DNA of 64,000 nt from the NCBI GenBank assembly GCA_004022145.1, contig RCNU01000007.1; one strand, given 5' to 3'. Under the pieces are notes generated by a model. It was not told where the DNA came from. It saw only the letters and a list, made by a program, of their open reading frames with translations, and searched no databases. The stretch comes from Paecilomyces variotii. Its lineage: Eukaryota. Shown in pieces: positions 1 through 12,859 of this stretch (the first letter of the stretch is position 1; each line of letters begins with the position of its first letter). The position numbers and the translations under genes are program-made.

Positions 1-762
1 AATTGAACAAGTCCGTCACGTTCTTGTGAGGATGCGTCGTTTATCGAACCAGCAGCATACGTATGAGAGCGAGGCTTGGGACTATCCCTCAATATCTGCA
101 GAAGCGTTTCACGTCGAACGGTGTCTGATCCAGTGTCCTTTTAGCAAGCAACCCGATAGCATCGTGACTCGCCGGGAAGTGAACCAGCCTATCAAAGGAT
201 ACCGGAAGATATATCCGTACTAACCATGAGTTCATTGCTCCCGCCCCGTCGTCCGCTTGCGCAGTTTGGGTGTCAAATGGGTCTGGGCGACGGTTTCGTC
301 CTGACAATCAATTGGAAATCCCACAGTAAGGGTTGATGTCCCCGCTGGGCTATTTCCGCCGGTTCGCCAGCCTGGTGCTCAGACAGAAACGAACCTTGAG
401 TCCTACGAAAACCATGAGTGGGTGGTTGTTTACTCCGTCTGCTTTGAGTCGCCCAGACGTCACGACAACAAATTAAGCCGTCTCGGATTGAGTTCAAGAC
501 GGCTGCCCAGCTGTGCCTCAATGTCATATGTCTAAGTATGGTACTCGCCGCTCAAGCTAAGACTGGTTCAAAAAAGAGGCCTTGGAACACGCACAAACGC
601 ATGCCGTTGCGATTTCTTTTTCTGGTCGGTTACCATGCGCGAATGAAGCCCTAGTGCGGATCAAGGGCCTGGGTCTCCAATTTGTCATGACAGGACAGTC
701 AAGTCTTGTACTTCAATATCCCCTACCCCTCCTGGGCCAACACCGAACGGAGGAGGGGCCAT

Positions 763-770
763 TATATAAA
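763..770 (+). promoter_or_regulatory. TATA box of the small C6 gene
   Basis: TATATAAA about 85 nt upstream of ATG 850. Confidence 0.5.
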
Positions 771-849
771 CGCCAAGGCAGACCCAAAAGACTGCCTTGG
801 TCACTCCAGGCCCTGCAAAACAAGGACTTCAAGCTGGGCGCTGTCGATT

Positions 850-1446
850 ATGCCACTACAAGGAGCCAGGCCGCTCCGTGCTCTGGCCCCTCGGACGACG
901 TTGACTCCTGAGAGCGGCACGCCAGGGCCAGCGACGGAGGAGAGCAAAATCAAGAGGGCCTCAACCACTTGCAAAGAGTGTAAACGACGTCGGACAAAGG
1001 TACAGTCTTCGCTCCTCCCATTCCTCTGAACCTAGTTCTCCGATTTTTCTGGTTTGGCGGGTGAAAGGTGTGTTGTCTGATTCCATCATGTCCTGGCGCA
1101 GTGTAGCACCGGAAACCCGTGTACAGAATGTGCCGCTCACGACCGCGAATGTGTTTACGATGAATCTGCCGACAAACGACGTAAGGTTGCCGCTAAACGT
1201 GCGCAAGAGCAATTAGATTATTACAGGGGCCTTTTGGAACGCCTTCTCGAGTCCATCCGGTATTGTGAACGGGCAGAGGTCGACCATATTGTTGCGGTGA
1301 TTCGTGGTGGTGCGTCGTTGGATGATATTTCCGCGGTTATAGAACAAAGTTTGGTACGTCGGAAGCATACCGATGAGGAAAGAGACCAGGATTACGAGGA
1401 CGAGGAAGAAGATAGCGACTTGATGGATGATGTGCTGGAAGGTTAG
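850..1446 (+). CDS. Small Zn(II)2Cys6 protein (~165 aa; exons 850-999 and 1102-1446)
   Basis: Removing GT-AG intron 1000-1101 joins CKECKRRRTK to CSTGNPCTECAAHDREC, a complete C6 binuclear cluster. A short helical segment and acidic tail follow. A possible extra donor (GTTAGT, 1442) makes the 3' end uncertain. Confidence 0.85.
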
Positions 1447-3812
1447 TCAACCGACGGTGATCCGGTCTCACACTGATTGCGGAGAACGCAAGTTAAACGT
1501 GGAACTCATCATAGACGTTCCATGATGCCCTTCTCTTCCTTACGGGCGCGACCATGGCGACGATATCGACATCAGTACCGAAACCATTTAACGTCGTCAT
1601 TCTGCCGGTCCAATCTGTGTCGTCTTGATTCGGCCAGAGTATCCAATAAGGTGGTCTTCGGGGAGTCATAATCTGCTTCTTGAGAATGGCAATATAAAGA
1701 GCGGACAATTGCTCTTCGTCACAGGCCTAGCACGTATATGGATCGGAGCTAGCCATGGTACAATGTTCAGGCATCTTTGTTGAATTCCGAGATAGCTTCG
1801 TGGCCCGCCGATACTTCAGTGATATTTCGTTTCGAGGATGCGGCATACGCCCGGCGGATCAGACAAGCCAGATGTATCGACACTGCAGAGCTCTAGATTG
1901 AGAAGCGGGTCGGGAAACTCCGAGTCTCAGAACGATAATGGAACAGAGGCGGATGAAGAAAGATATAAGCCAACTGGCGGGAATTAAATTTATGCCAGCC
2001 CCGGTGCCAGCAGCATAATATACTGAGAGGCTAACAAAGCTCATCCATCCATTGCGGGAACCAGGAGTATTTCGCTCGTCTTCTGGACGCTTCTGTCAGA
2101 GTTTCCATTACCTACGAGGTAGATACCCGCAGATCTATATCGCAATGAGGACAGTGTGCAGTGGCCGCGGAGCCTCTTTTTACAACAACTGCCATTGGAA
2201 GAGGGAAAGACACTGTCTAATAAATGCACGTCTTGGCTCCAAGGTGGTGGATTGGAGACGCAGATTCAGATGTTTTGGTCTCGTAACCTGCTGATAAACA
2301 TGTCGGGGGGCTTGAAAGATGCCTACCGAGTCAGGCACACGGTCTCGGAAGAACAGACTATTGGTGTGCAAGTGGAAAGCTCAAGGTCCATCTCGCGTGA
2401 GGATGCGGGTGCCCCCGTCTGTTGTTGTGGGCCTTCCCTGACAGCCATCAGGTTATTACCGTCTGAGACGGTCGAGGCAATTGCGAATCTAAGCTTTTCG
2501 ATAGCGATAAACTACAACTACTACCATTTATTCGTCGTTTGCTACCCTCAGACTGTCGGTTGCTTTTTTTCAGTATCCATTGACTTTAGCATGCAAAGCA
2601 CAAAGAAAAAGCGAGAGCGAGAGAGAGAAACCTCCAAAATACACCTCTGCCACCACCAATATTATCAGATCGTCAACCTGTAACTATACTCACCGTACTT
2701 CCTCCACCCAGCCCCCATCTCGGCCCCCATCTTGCGCTGCATGAGTAGATAGATGTGCTTGTCGGGAAACGTCCACTTGGCGATCCACATCGCCACTTGA
2801 CGCTGACAGAGCAGTTGGCAATACCATACAGGGTGAAAAGGGCAAATGATCTGCCCGCAACGTCCCACAAAGCCCGAGGTCCCGATCGTTGCAGATAACA
2901 TATTATTAGAGAGAATAGAGTACAGCAACGGGATGAGCTTCATGTTATCGTGCAGCGGAATAATTCTCATTGGACCGTTCCACATTCCATTCGCTCCACA
3001 AGGGTTTCAGGAAGACAAGAAAACAAACGTGAGAGATGTTAGTATGTATCTCGGGGTGGAGGGGACGCAGGTGGCGAAGGATATGTCCGAATATAGTACG
3101 CAGAAGTACGTATTCACCGAGTATAACCATTTCAGCTACTGACTTCCAATTCACGTCCTAACAAACTCCCGACGTCCGTGCAATCCTTGTCTGTGTTTTG
3201 ATATGTTATTGGCGGCTCAGAAAATGATCCGGCGATCCGCTGTCCAGGAGGTAATAACCGGTCCTATGCCCAGCTTTGAACTTTGATAGGAATGAGGATC
3301 TGGAGAATAGTCGACTACACGTGCAATGAAGAAATCTAGTTAGTATGTAGTCGGACAATTTCCCATCAGTCACGATAAATCTGTTGCAACAAATACTCTA
3401 ATGCGTGTTGACTTCGGGGATTGGGTATGTACTATACACTCCGGAACCACTGAGAGAACGGGCGAGAATGAAGAGAAAGAGACGGTTGTAATTACCTTTT
3501 AGTATTTCCGTATAGCATACTTACCCACGCTGTATCTACAGTTAGGGTAATAGTATTTCGGACCCGACGTAGACTAAATCTGCGGCTAAGAGTATAGTTC
3601 CCGTTGGCCAATGCAGAGATGTTGACGTGCAATGTATCTTGCCGAAACGGGCAGCTTTGATTTCTTCTAAGTACCTAGGTAGGTAACTAAACGAATAGAT
3701 GTTTAGATTCCGTCTTTTGGGGCACTCTAATAGTGCGTGAAGAGATCTTAGTTCAATCAATTAGCTCAATTACTGAGATCAGATGCTGTACCTTGTCCCG
3801 TTAACGTAGTAT

Positions 3813-5081
3813 TTAGGTAGCATGCAGGTAATCCCATACAGACAAGGCATGCACCTTGATCAAGACAAGAAACTCATCGATCTTCACCCGCTCATCTGTC
3901 GCGCCCATGGTTTCTGGAGAGACACCATACACATATGCAGGGATGTCCAGATATCGCCAGAATTTGCAGTCCGTGGCTCCCAACCCCGGAATAGCAAGGG
4001 GTTTACGACCGGTCGTGGCCTCAGCCACGTCCGCCATGATCTTCACCATGGGATGATCTGGATCGCAGAACGCGGCGGGATTACTCGCCGCCTCCTGCAC
4101 GGTCAAATGCACATCCGGGTATCGTCGAAGGATACTCGAGATGTGATCGAGTACCGTTTGCGCCTGTAACCCGATCGGGAGCCGCACGTCTGCCTCGAAG
4201 GTGCAATGTTCTGGGATCATGTTCACTTTCAATCCCCCGTGGATAGTGCCGATGTTCAATGTAGGCACCAACATGACATCTGCGGCACCTTTTCCCATGA
4301 TCTCGTCGATGGTCGCGCGCACCTCGGGCTTTTGGAGATGCTCCTCCACACTTCTAGGGAGATCGGTAGGTCTTATGCTCTCGATGGTCTTCAGCTCTGT
4401 GATCAATCGAACCGCCATCATCGTAGCTCCTTCGGTGAGAAATGTATATGCCCCATGAGCACCCTTGGTAGTGATGGTGAAAGTCATCCGTAGTGTTCCT
4501 TTCTCTCCAAACCGAACGGACTGTATACCTCCTGGCTCGGCATTGATCATGCAGTGACCACCCCATTTATCTTGCGCTTCGTCAAGTAGCCATCGACTAC
4601 CCCATCTCCCACCAGTTTCTTCATCAGATACAACCGTCAACGCAACACTACCATCCAGAGCCTCTCGATGCGCATACAGGTACGTGAATGCAATGACCAA
4701 TGCAGCCGTCCCAGCTTTCATATCCACCGTACCGCGGCCGTAGATGTGTTCCCCATCATTGAACCCAGACCATGCCCCGCCATGCTTCCAATCTGAGTCA
4801 TCACCTGCAGGAAAGACATCGATGTGGCCATTCATGACGATGCGGGGACCTGTTTTCCCATTACCACCGTGGAAATCACTCACGACATTGGGCATGTCTG
4901 CTTTGGGGGCTACGATTTCGAATGGGACGTTGTGGTCGTGTAGGTAATTCGTTATCACAGATGCAGCTGCTCTTGTATCTCCTGGTGGGTTGGGAGATGG
5001 TGCCTGAGCGAGGGATTGGAGGAAGGAAATGTGAAGTTTTTTGTCGGATTCGATCTGGGCGAGGAGGGTTGTTCTATCCAT
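3813..5081 (-). CDS. M20 metallo-amidohydrolase, ArgE/DapE-like (422 aa, intronless)
   Basis: Motifs NGHIDVFP, GRGTVDMKAG, SDEETGG, NAEP, GAHGAY, LNIGTIHGGLKVNMIP and GATD. Confidence 0.93.
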   Translation of the reverse strand: MDRTTLLAQIESDKKLHISFLQSLAQAPSPNPPGDTRAAASVITNYLHDHNVPFEIVAPKADMPNVVSDFHGGNGKTGPRIVMNGHIDVFPAGDDSDWKHGGAWSGFNDGEHIYGRGTVDMKAGTAALVIAFTYLYAHREALDGSVALTVVSDEETGGRWGSRWLLDEAQDKWGGHCMINAEPGGIQSVRFGEKGTLRMTFTITTKGAHGAYTFLTEGATMMAVRLITELKTIESIRPTDLPRSVEEHLQKPEVRATIDEIMGKGAADVMLVPTLNIGTIHGGLKVNMIPEHCTFEADVRLPIGLQAQTVLDHISSILRRYPDVHLTVQEAASNPAAFCDPDHPMVKIMADVAEATTGRKPLAIPGLGATDCKFWRYLDIPAYVYGVSPETMGATDERVKIDEFLVLIKVHALSVWDYLHAT

Positions 5082-5826
5082 TTTTTTTTCTTGTTGGGGT
5101 TGGGAGGAAGGAATTGGTTATGAATCTGGATAGATAGATAGATGGATGGATGGATAAAATGGTATTATCATGTGTGGTTTTGTTTATCTTGGGATAGGTA
5201 CTTATGGAGTTCTAGATAGATCTGCAAGATGGGATGTATGTAATGACAACTTGGCTCAATTGCTGTTTTGAGTAGAGATAGATGTACTATCTCAGACCAA
5301 TTTTATTTCTTGATAGACTAGACTATACGGATTGAAGATCAAGTCGGGCACCCGATTAGGAATCAGTTGCTGTTCGTGAGTCATCTGAAAGGTCAATTTG
5401 GAGACTTGAGAGATAAGATGAGAGAGAATGGCGTGTGAGTGCCCTGAAATGGCGAATAACTAGCACAAGCAAATACCAGTTGTATCTACGCTTTCATAAT
5501 TAAACATCATAATCCAATCTTTAACAGTATCTAGTATTATTATTCTATCCAGAAGTTCTTTGTCTTTCAACTCGTGATGCATCGACCCCGCACGGAGAAG
5601 GAGCAACGGCGATAACGCCAACACATATCCGACCACCCGGAAACTTCTCCCCTTCACATCCCGACTTCACCTTTTGCTTTTGCTTCTGGATCAATTCGCG
5701 CCCACGGCAATGGGACTGAAACAGCATTCCTCAGAGGAAGAAACAAGAAAGAGGACGTGATTAGTGCTGCCCCTAGCATCGGTCCTGTGGCGCGCAATAA
5801 TCCGACACGTTGGCCCTCCCCTCCCG

Positions 5827-8341
5827 ATGGCCAGCCCTCGTACAAGCCCGAGCGCCCAGAATGCCTCCGCTGGCGAGCAGACGCAGCCCATAGGATCCCC
5901 GGGCTACACGGCGGTGACTCCGGGAGGAACGACAGCTGGGCGGAAGAGGAAAGCGTCCGAGTCGTCCAACGCGAAAGATAGTGCTGAGCGGCGGAAAATC
6001 ACCAGGGCTTGTGATTACTGTAAAGAGTAGGTGGATAGTTAGCCCGACCAACTACCTAGTTACTACTCTAACCAACGATGGTCTGCGGCTGAACCATCAT
6101 GGCTGACTGTGAATTTATGTAGAAAGAAAACCCGATGTACAGGGACTTTACCATGTCTGAGATGTACAAAGTTATCGCTGTCTTGTGAATACAATGCAGC
6201 GTATTCCAGAGGACTGCCTCCGTCTCCGCCACCCGCTCCGGAGTCAACCCTGAGGTATGTGGCTGCATCACCGGCCGTTAGCCAGAGAACGCCAAAGAGA
6301 CTTGGCCCTCAGAGACGTCACAAGTCTTCAGGCGCGGCGTCTCCGCGAAATTCCCCAGAGCCAGGAGCCACGGACCTGGAAGGGAACTATCTCGGTCCAG
6401 CATCGGGAATCTCGTTCCTGAACCGCGTATGGCGGCGGCTGAACCAGGATGAGGTCGCTACGATCCCAAGTGGATTGCGGGATGAGTCGTCAAAAAGCGC
6501 TTCCGTGTTTATGTTTGGTGATCGACCGTTCTCCGACTATGGAGAGACGGGGTTTTCCTTGCCGCCGCTGCACAGAGCGCTTGAGCTGATTGAAGTCTAC
6601 TTTGACTTCGCCATCGTTACGTACCGGTTTCTCCATAGAGGCCTCGTGGAGTCTTGGTTGAAAGAAATGTACGAGAGAGAGATCTCTTCGGCAAGGCCTC
6701 CCACAGGGGACATAACAGCAAAGGCGGCCATACTGCTGATGGTCTTCGCTATAGGCACAATGTATGAAGAGAAGAAACCAGGCAATGCTGGTCTTGCAGA
6801 GTTCCATGAAAGGTATGTACAGTACTTTCCCAGCCCCCTGGTGAACTGTTTATGCTAATGCATCGTAGTGAGCGATGGTATGTTGCATCGAAAGCTATGT
6901 CATACAACGAGACTGGCAAACCCCGGCTAGAAACTATCCAGGCAAGATTAGGCCAATGTCTGTACCTCCTTTCCTCTTCGAGGGCCAATGAATGCTGGTA
7001 CAGATTTGGCACTACGTTACAATTGGTGACGGCGCTTGGGTTACACCGGCGACGGCCAGCGAAGCTGCTGAAGGACGGTAAAGCGTACCTAGAGAACGAA
7101 TTGCGGAAACGCACTTTCTGGAGTGCTTATATCCTCGACAAATATCTCAGTGTGACCTTTGGACGACCCCGGTTGTTGCATGATGAAGACATCGACCAGG
7201 ATCTGCCCGATGAGGTAAACGACGAGGACATGCTACCAGGAGATCAAAAGAACAAAGTAGCCCCTTCAGACTGTGTGATGACTGGTACCATCATGCATAT
7301 CCGGTAGGCCTTTCTCGAAAAAAGAAAAGCCCTTGTAAGGACTGCGCTGACAGGGAACGCAGCTTGTGCCGTCTCGTTGGAGAAATCTCCCGGCAAGTAT
7401 ACACCATTAGGCCGTCCAGCAAGACCGCACCACTGGAGGCTGCACTGCGACTTACTCTCGAACTCGAAGAATGGAAGGAAAGCCTTCCCCCTCTGTTCAA
7501 GAGTATCCGGCCGTCCAGTCTCGTGGCTCCCCTCTGCCGACAGAGCCAGGTACTGCAGTTAGCATATTCTCATGCCATGATACATGCGACACGGTCTTTC
7601 CTTCTCAACGACTTCACAGACTTCACGCGGCGACCTTTGGTCACGAAGGACAAAATCAATTGCCATGTGCAGAAGTGTATCGACGCGGCAAAGGACACAA
7701 TGTTGCTTGTTGATGATCTTGCGGCTCAGGGGATCCTCGTCCAGTCATTCTGGTTCACCCACTACGTTTGCTTTTGCGCTATTATTGTGGTTTACATTTA
7801 CACTATCCAGCACCATCGCCTTTCATCTTCATCTGACGCAGACCATATTCGACATGATGCGCGAGAACTATTCAGCTTCGCGGAGAGGTGCCAACGGCAT
7901 CTAGCCAAAGCCACTCGTCGGAATTGTCCCAGTCGTCGTTACAGCATCATTCTTGAAGAGCTCAGGCGGGAAGTCCACCGCCAGATCAACTCTAACGGAC
8001 TACCCAGGCCCGTTACCACGAAGGAGCCAGCTGGCACGGACACTGCGTCGGAACGGCGGCATTACTCTCTCGAAGTACCGGGACAGAGAGAGGCGCCAGA
8101 GTATGATATCTCAAATTATCCACCGCCCTTTCTGCCAGAATTGGAGATGTCGGAACTCACTCCGTCTGATGATGTCGGTCAGGATTTGGATTTTCTCAGC
8201 AACCAACTTGAGGAAGGCTCGGTCTGGTGGACCCAGCTGGACTCTTGGGTATGTGTTCGTTCTCTTCGTATCTGTGTATTTCTAACGTCTTTATAGGCCT
8301 TCTCTAGCATTCATAACGACTCCTCGATATTTAATGGCTAA
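5827..8341 (+). CDS. Zn(II)2Cys6 transcription factor with fungal-specific TF domain (exons 5827-6026, 6123-6812, 6869-7303, 7363-8248, 8297-8341)
   Basis: Spliced cluster ACDYCKEKKTRCTGTLPCLRCTKLSLSC; Fungal_trans motifs LGLHRR and RKRTFWSAYILDKYLSVTFGRP; four GT-AG introns that keep frame. Confidence 0.93.
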
Positions 8342-9298
8342 TGCTCATGTGACTATGGAAATAGCAGGTAGATGTAAATAAAGTGGATATTATAAATAAG
8401 CCCTTACGACTCCTTCCTGTCCCTGATTCGCTTTTTCGTCCTACACGGATCCTTAACGTGAAGTAATGACAACAAAAGCTAGATTATATCCGTCCGCGAC
8501 TGGAGATAACAGTCTAGGTTACTAATGCTCATTGCAGTGCTGTAGACATTCCAGGATGACCGTACATAGATCCTTCAAAATTTAGACTTGCGGCCTCATT
8601 TTTTTCTACTTTATACCCACACTAGTTCTTATCCGCCGTGGAGAAATGCTCCGGACAAGTAGGTACTTTAGTTACGCGAGGAGCCTGGCGATCGATCTGC
8701 TCAGTGGGATCACGGGGTAGATCAAATAAGATTTCCTGTCCGGTTTACTCTAGAGGATTTTGAATGAGAGGGATCAGAGGGAATCGTACTCTATGTTGGA
8801 GGTTTGTTGTCTCGTATACTAGATCTACATTATAGGATTGTTGGGCGAAAGGGGATGCTACGGGGTATCGGTGGTAGTGGAAGGGTTTATTTTGTTTTGG
8901 TATGAATTATAAATGCTATATTTAAATCTCAAGTTGTTGTTTGCAAGTACCATTCACAATATCAACTATTTTCTACGGAATTATACCAGTTAATGTTAGT
9001 AATTCCTGGAGGCCTCGGTCACACGGTCCGGATTCTTATCCGCGCCGCCCCCGGCTACTGCCATTTCGCAGCATAGAGAGGAAGTAATTCTTCCAGATGC
9101 CGCCGGACATACGCCGATGTTGAACTCGCGTCGATGTCGGTGATGATATGGCGGGGTACATATATATATTAAAGAGTTTGGTGGTATTTTCCATGTACTG
9201 TTTATATCTCGTGGATACTCGTATTTCTACGATTGCGATATCTAGATCCTTTCATCTTCAATGCATTGACCCTCTAAAAAAAAAAAAAAAAAGCAAAC

Positions 9299-12200
9299 AT
9301 GTCCTCCGTAGCCATTGCACCTATACCGGTCAGCGATTTATCTTTCGCTTCTGAGAAGACCACGGGGGTCAAACACACACGGGTAAATATAACAGACCAG
9401 GAACCACGCACAATCGACGAATTAGTCCGTCACCGTGCATCTCTGGGATCCGGACAGCCAGTCATTGCGTATCCCAAGTCCGGCATCGACTATGTCGAAT
9501 ATCCTCTGCGAGACCTGGATATCTTTGCATATCGAGTTGCGAAGAAAATAGCCTCTCGAATCCCAGTGAGATCGTCTTCGTCGGAGAAACAAACGGTAGT
9601 GGGCGTGCTGGGACCCTCTGATCTGAGTTATCTCGTCATTCTCCTTGCACTGTCGAAATTGGGACATTCTGCATTATTACTCTCAACGCGGATATCTATC
9701 GAAGCATATGTTTCTCTTCTGGAGACCACGAATTCGAGGAATCTTATGGTCCACAGGTCTTTCCGGGACGTCGCTGAAGAGTTGAAAAGACGAATACCCG
9801 ATCTGCAAGTCGATGAGATTCCTTCTCGAGACGTTTATGACTTCCCAGTAGAGGATGGCAGCGTCGATACTAATCTCACTCCTCATCTGGATCCAGCGCA
9901 AGAGACAGAACACACCGTATGGATAATCCACTCCAGCGGCTCGACGGGCCTACCAAAGCCCATCCCTCAGATCCAACGAGCCGCAATTAAAAACTATGCT
10001 GGGAACATGAACATGAACGGATTCATCACTCTTCCTTTATACCATAATCATGGAATGAGCTGCTTGTTCCGCGCAGTTCATTCATGCAAGCGTCTCCATT
10101 TGTATAATGCGAATTTACCGCTTACAAAGCAGTATTTGCTGGATACGATGAAGGCGCATGATTTCGATATATTTTATGGGGTTCCGTATGCGTTGAAGTT
10201 GCTCGCGGAGACGGATGAGGGGATTGAAGCCTTGACGAAGTTTAAGATTGTCATGTTTGGTGGATCGCCGTGTCCGGATTCTTTGGGGGATAAGTTGGTT
10301 GAGAAAGGGGTGAATCTTGTTAGTCACTATGGGTCGTAAGTGTCTTGTTCTGTTCTATCATATTTAGTTCTAGAAGCTCGTTCCATGATAACGTCAGAGC
10401 TGACAAGTCTACAGGACTGAAACGGGCCAATTGATGACATCTTTCAGACCGCGGGAAGATAAAGAATGGAATTATCTCCGTCCTTCGGAGGCAGTGAAGC
10501 CTTTCTTACGATTCGAAGAACGCAGTCCCGGTATTTATGAGTTGGTGTGTCTTGACGGCTGGCCATCTAAGGTTGCTTCCAACAGACCGGATGGTGCGTA
10601 TGCCACAAAGGACCTCTTCTTGAAACATCCCACGATAGAAGGGTACAAATATTATGCTCGTCTGGACGATACAATCGTTCTCGTGAATGGCGAGAAGGTC
10701 AATCCGCTGGAAATGGAGGGCATTATCAGGCAACTTCCAACGGTATCGGAAGCTGTGGTCTTTGGCGCAGGAAAGTCCAGTGTCGGTCTGATGCTGGTTC
10801 CTTCTCCGGTAGCATCAGGGTTATCGGAGGATGAAATTATCGACTCTATCTGGTCATCTGTGGAGAAGGCTCAAACTGCCATGCCCGCTTACGCCCAGCT
10901 TACAAAGAATCTGGTGAAGATCCTCCCAGCAGACACGCAGTATCCTCGTACAGACAAGGGGACAGTTATCAGGCAAGCGTTCTATCGGCAGTTCCATCAG
11001 CAGATAGAAGATGCATATGAAGAGAGGAAAACGGAAAATGCGCTTTCTCTGTCTGAGCCCAAGTTGAGGGCATTTATCCGGAAACAGCTGGAGAAGATAT
11101 TGCCATTGAAGAATCCATCAGTCCTGACAGAGGATGCGGACTTTTTTAACCTCGGCATGGATTCACTACAGGCTACTCAGCTGAGGTCTATATTGACAAG
11201 CCAGATTGACACGGGTGGCCATGCCCTGGGCTTGAATATAGCATTTGACTATCCGTCGATAAACGCCTTGGCACATTACCTCTACTCGCTGCGGTCAGGA
11301 ACGGTGGATCGTTCTGGCTCTGTTGAGGATCTAATGCAGAGGTTGATCGAGAAATACAGCGAGTTTGCACAACATAAGCCTATGCCAAATGGTTTGAAAG
11401 GCAAATATCTGGTTCGTATTCATTCCAATTTCCTAGATGTGTCCAGACTAATCAAAACAGGTTGTCACTGGTGCCACTGGCTCTTTGGGCAGTCACGTTA
11501 TTTCCAAGCTCGCTCCGCAGCCAGATGTGCAGAAGATATATTGTTTCGTTCGAGCAGGATCAACCATCGAAGCTTATGGGCGGTTGATAGAGTCTCTGAG
11601 AGAACGCAGAGTGTACACGAGCATATCGGATATTGCACGAAGCAAGCTGATCGCTGTCCCATCCGAGTTTTCCAAACCAACTTTGGGACTCGATGAGACA
11701 ACATACAACATCTTGACCTCCGAGATAACTGATCTTATCCATTGTGCTTGGTCCGTCAACTTCAACCTGAACCTAGGTAGTTTCGAGAAGGACAGTATTG
11801 CCGGTATCAAGAACCTGATCGACCTGTGTCTCAAAGCACAACGACCAGCACCTGCATCTTTCAACTTCTGTTCTTCTGTCAGTACGGTCACGAATACTGC
11901 CAGCGAGTATGTCCCAGAAGCTCTTCCAGAGAAGCTAAGCTATGCCCAAGACATGGGATACGCCCAGTCGAAACTCGTGGCCGAAAACATCTGCGTCAAA
12001 GCCGCAGAACAGACAGGTATCAGAGGTCGAGTCCTCCGCATCGGTCAAGTGATCGGTGATACACAGCATGGAATCTGGAACCCTACAGAAGCCATCCCCT
12101 TAATCCTTCAATCTGCCACCACAATCGGCGCACTACCGCGTATCGACGAATCACCCTTCTGGCTGCCCGTCGACGTCGTCGCAGACACGATAATCGACAT

Positions 12201-12558
12201 TACCTTCTCCACCATGGACTCCGGTGTATTGAACATCATCAACCCGCAATCCTTCAACTGGACGCGCGATCTGCTTCCTTTCCTGCATAGAGCTGGGCTT
12301 GAGTTCGAAGAGCTCGAGCAACGCGAGTGGATTCAACGTCTGCGAACTTCCAATCCGGATCCAGCACAGAATCCACCGATCAAGTTGGTGGAGTTCTTCG
12401 CTAGTAAGTATGATACGGACCAGCCAAGACGCACAATGAAGTGGCATACGGAGCGGGCGAGGAAGTATTCACCCTCGCTGGGAAAGGCAAAGAAGTTGGA
12501 TCAAGAGGCAGTTGATAAGATGATTGCGTATTTTCGATCTTGTTGGTCAAGAGCGTAA
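9299..12558 (+). CDS. NRPS-like enzyme, A-T-R (carboxylic acid reductase type; exons 9299-10335, 10415-11411, 11461-12558)
   Basis: A domain HSSGSTGLPKP, YGSTETG, TKDLF, RLDDTIVLVNGEK, PRTDKG; carrier domain FFNLGMDSL; terminal SDR reductase VTGATGSLG, HCAWSVNF, GYAQSK. Confidence 0.95.
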
Positions 12559-12859
12559 GGGGTATTAAGTCAAGTAAGTATCGAGTTCTATCTGCTCAGT
12601 ATAGCACTTCGTTAGAAATGACCGTTAAGTATATATACCTGAAGATCCATTCAACAGACTAATTCGTAAAAGATCCGATATATATTAGGTTTCTTAACCC
12701 TACTACGGTAAATATACTAGAACAATTTCTGCCACCCCTACCTTAATCGCAACGGGCCACTTCTCAGTCAGTCCTAATGCAAAAGACTTACTGGAGAACA
12801 AGACAAAAAAGTAAAACGTCCATATCGCTTCACTCGCGCATCAGAAGGAGGCAAAAAAT

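Noticed and set aside
2052-3154. Several 60-175 aa ORFs between the small C6 gene and the M20 gene
   Set aside because: Mostly non-ATG starts, run through simple repeats, no consistent exon chain or motifs
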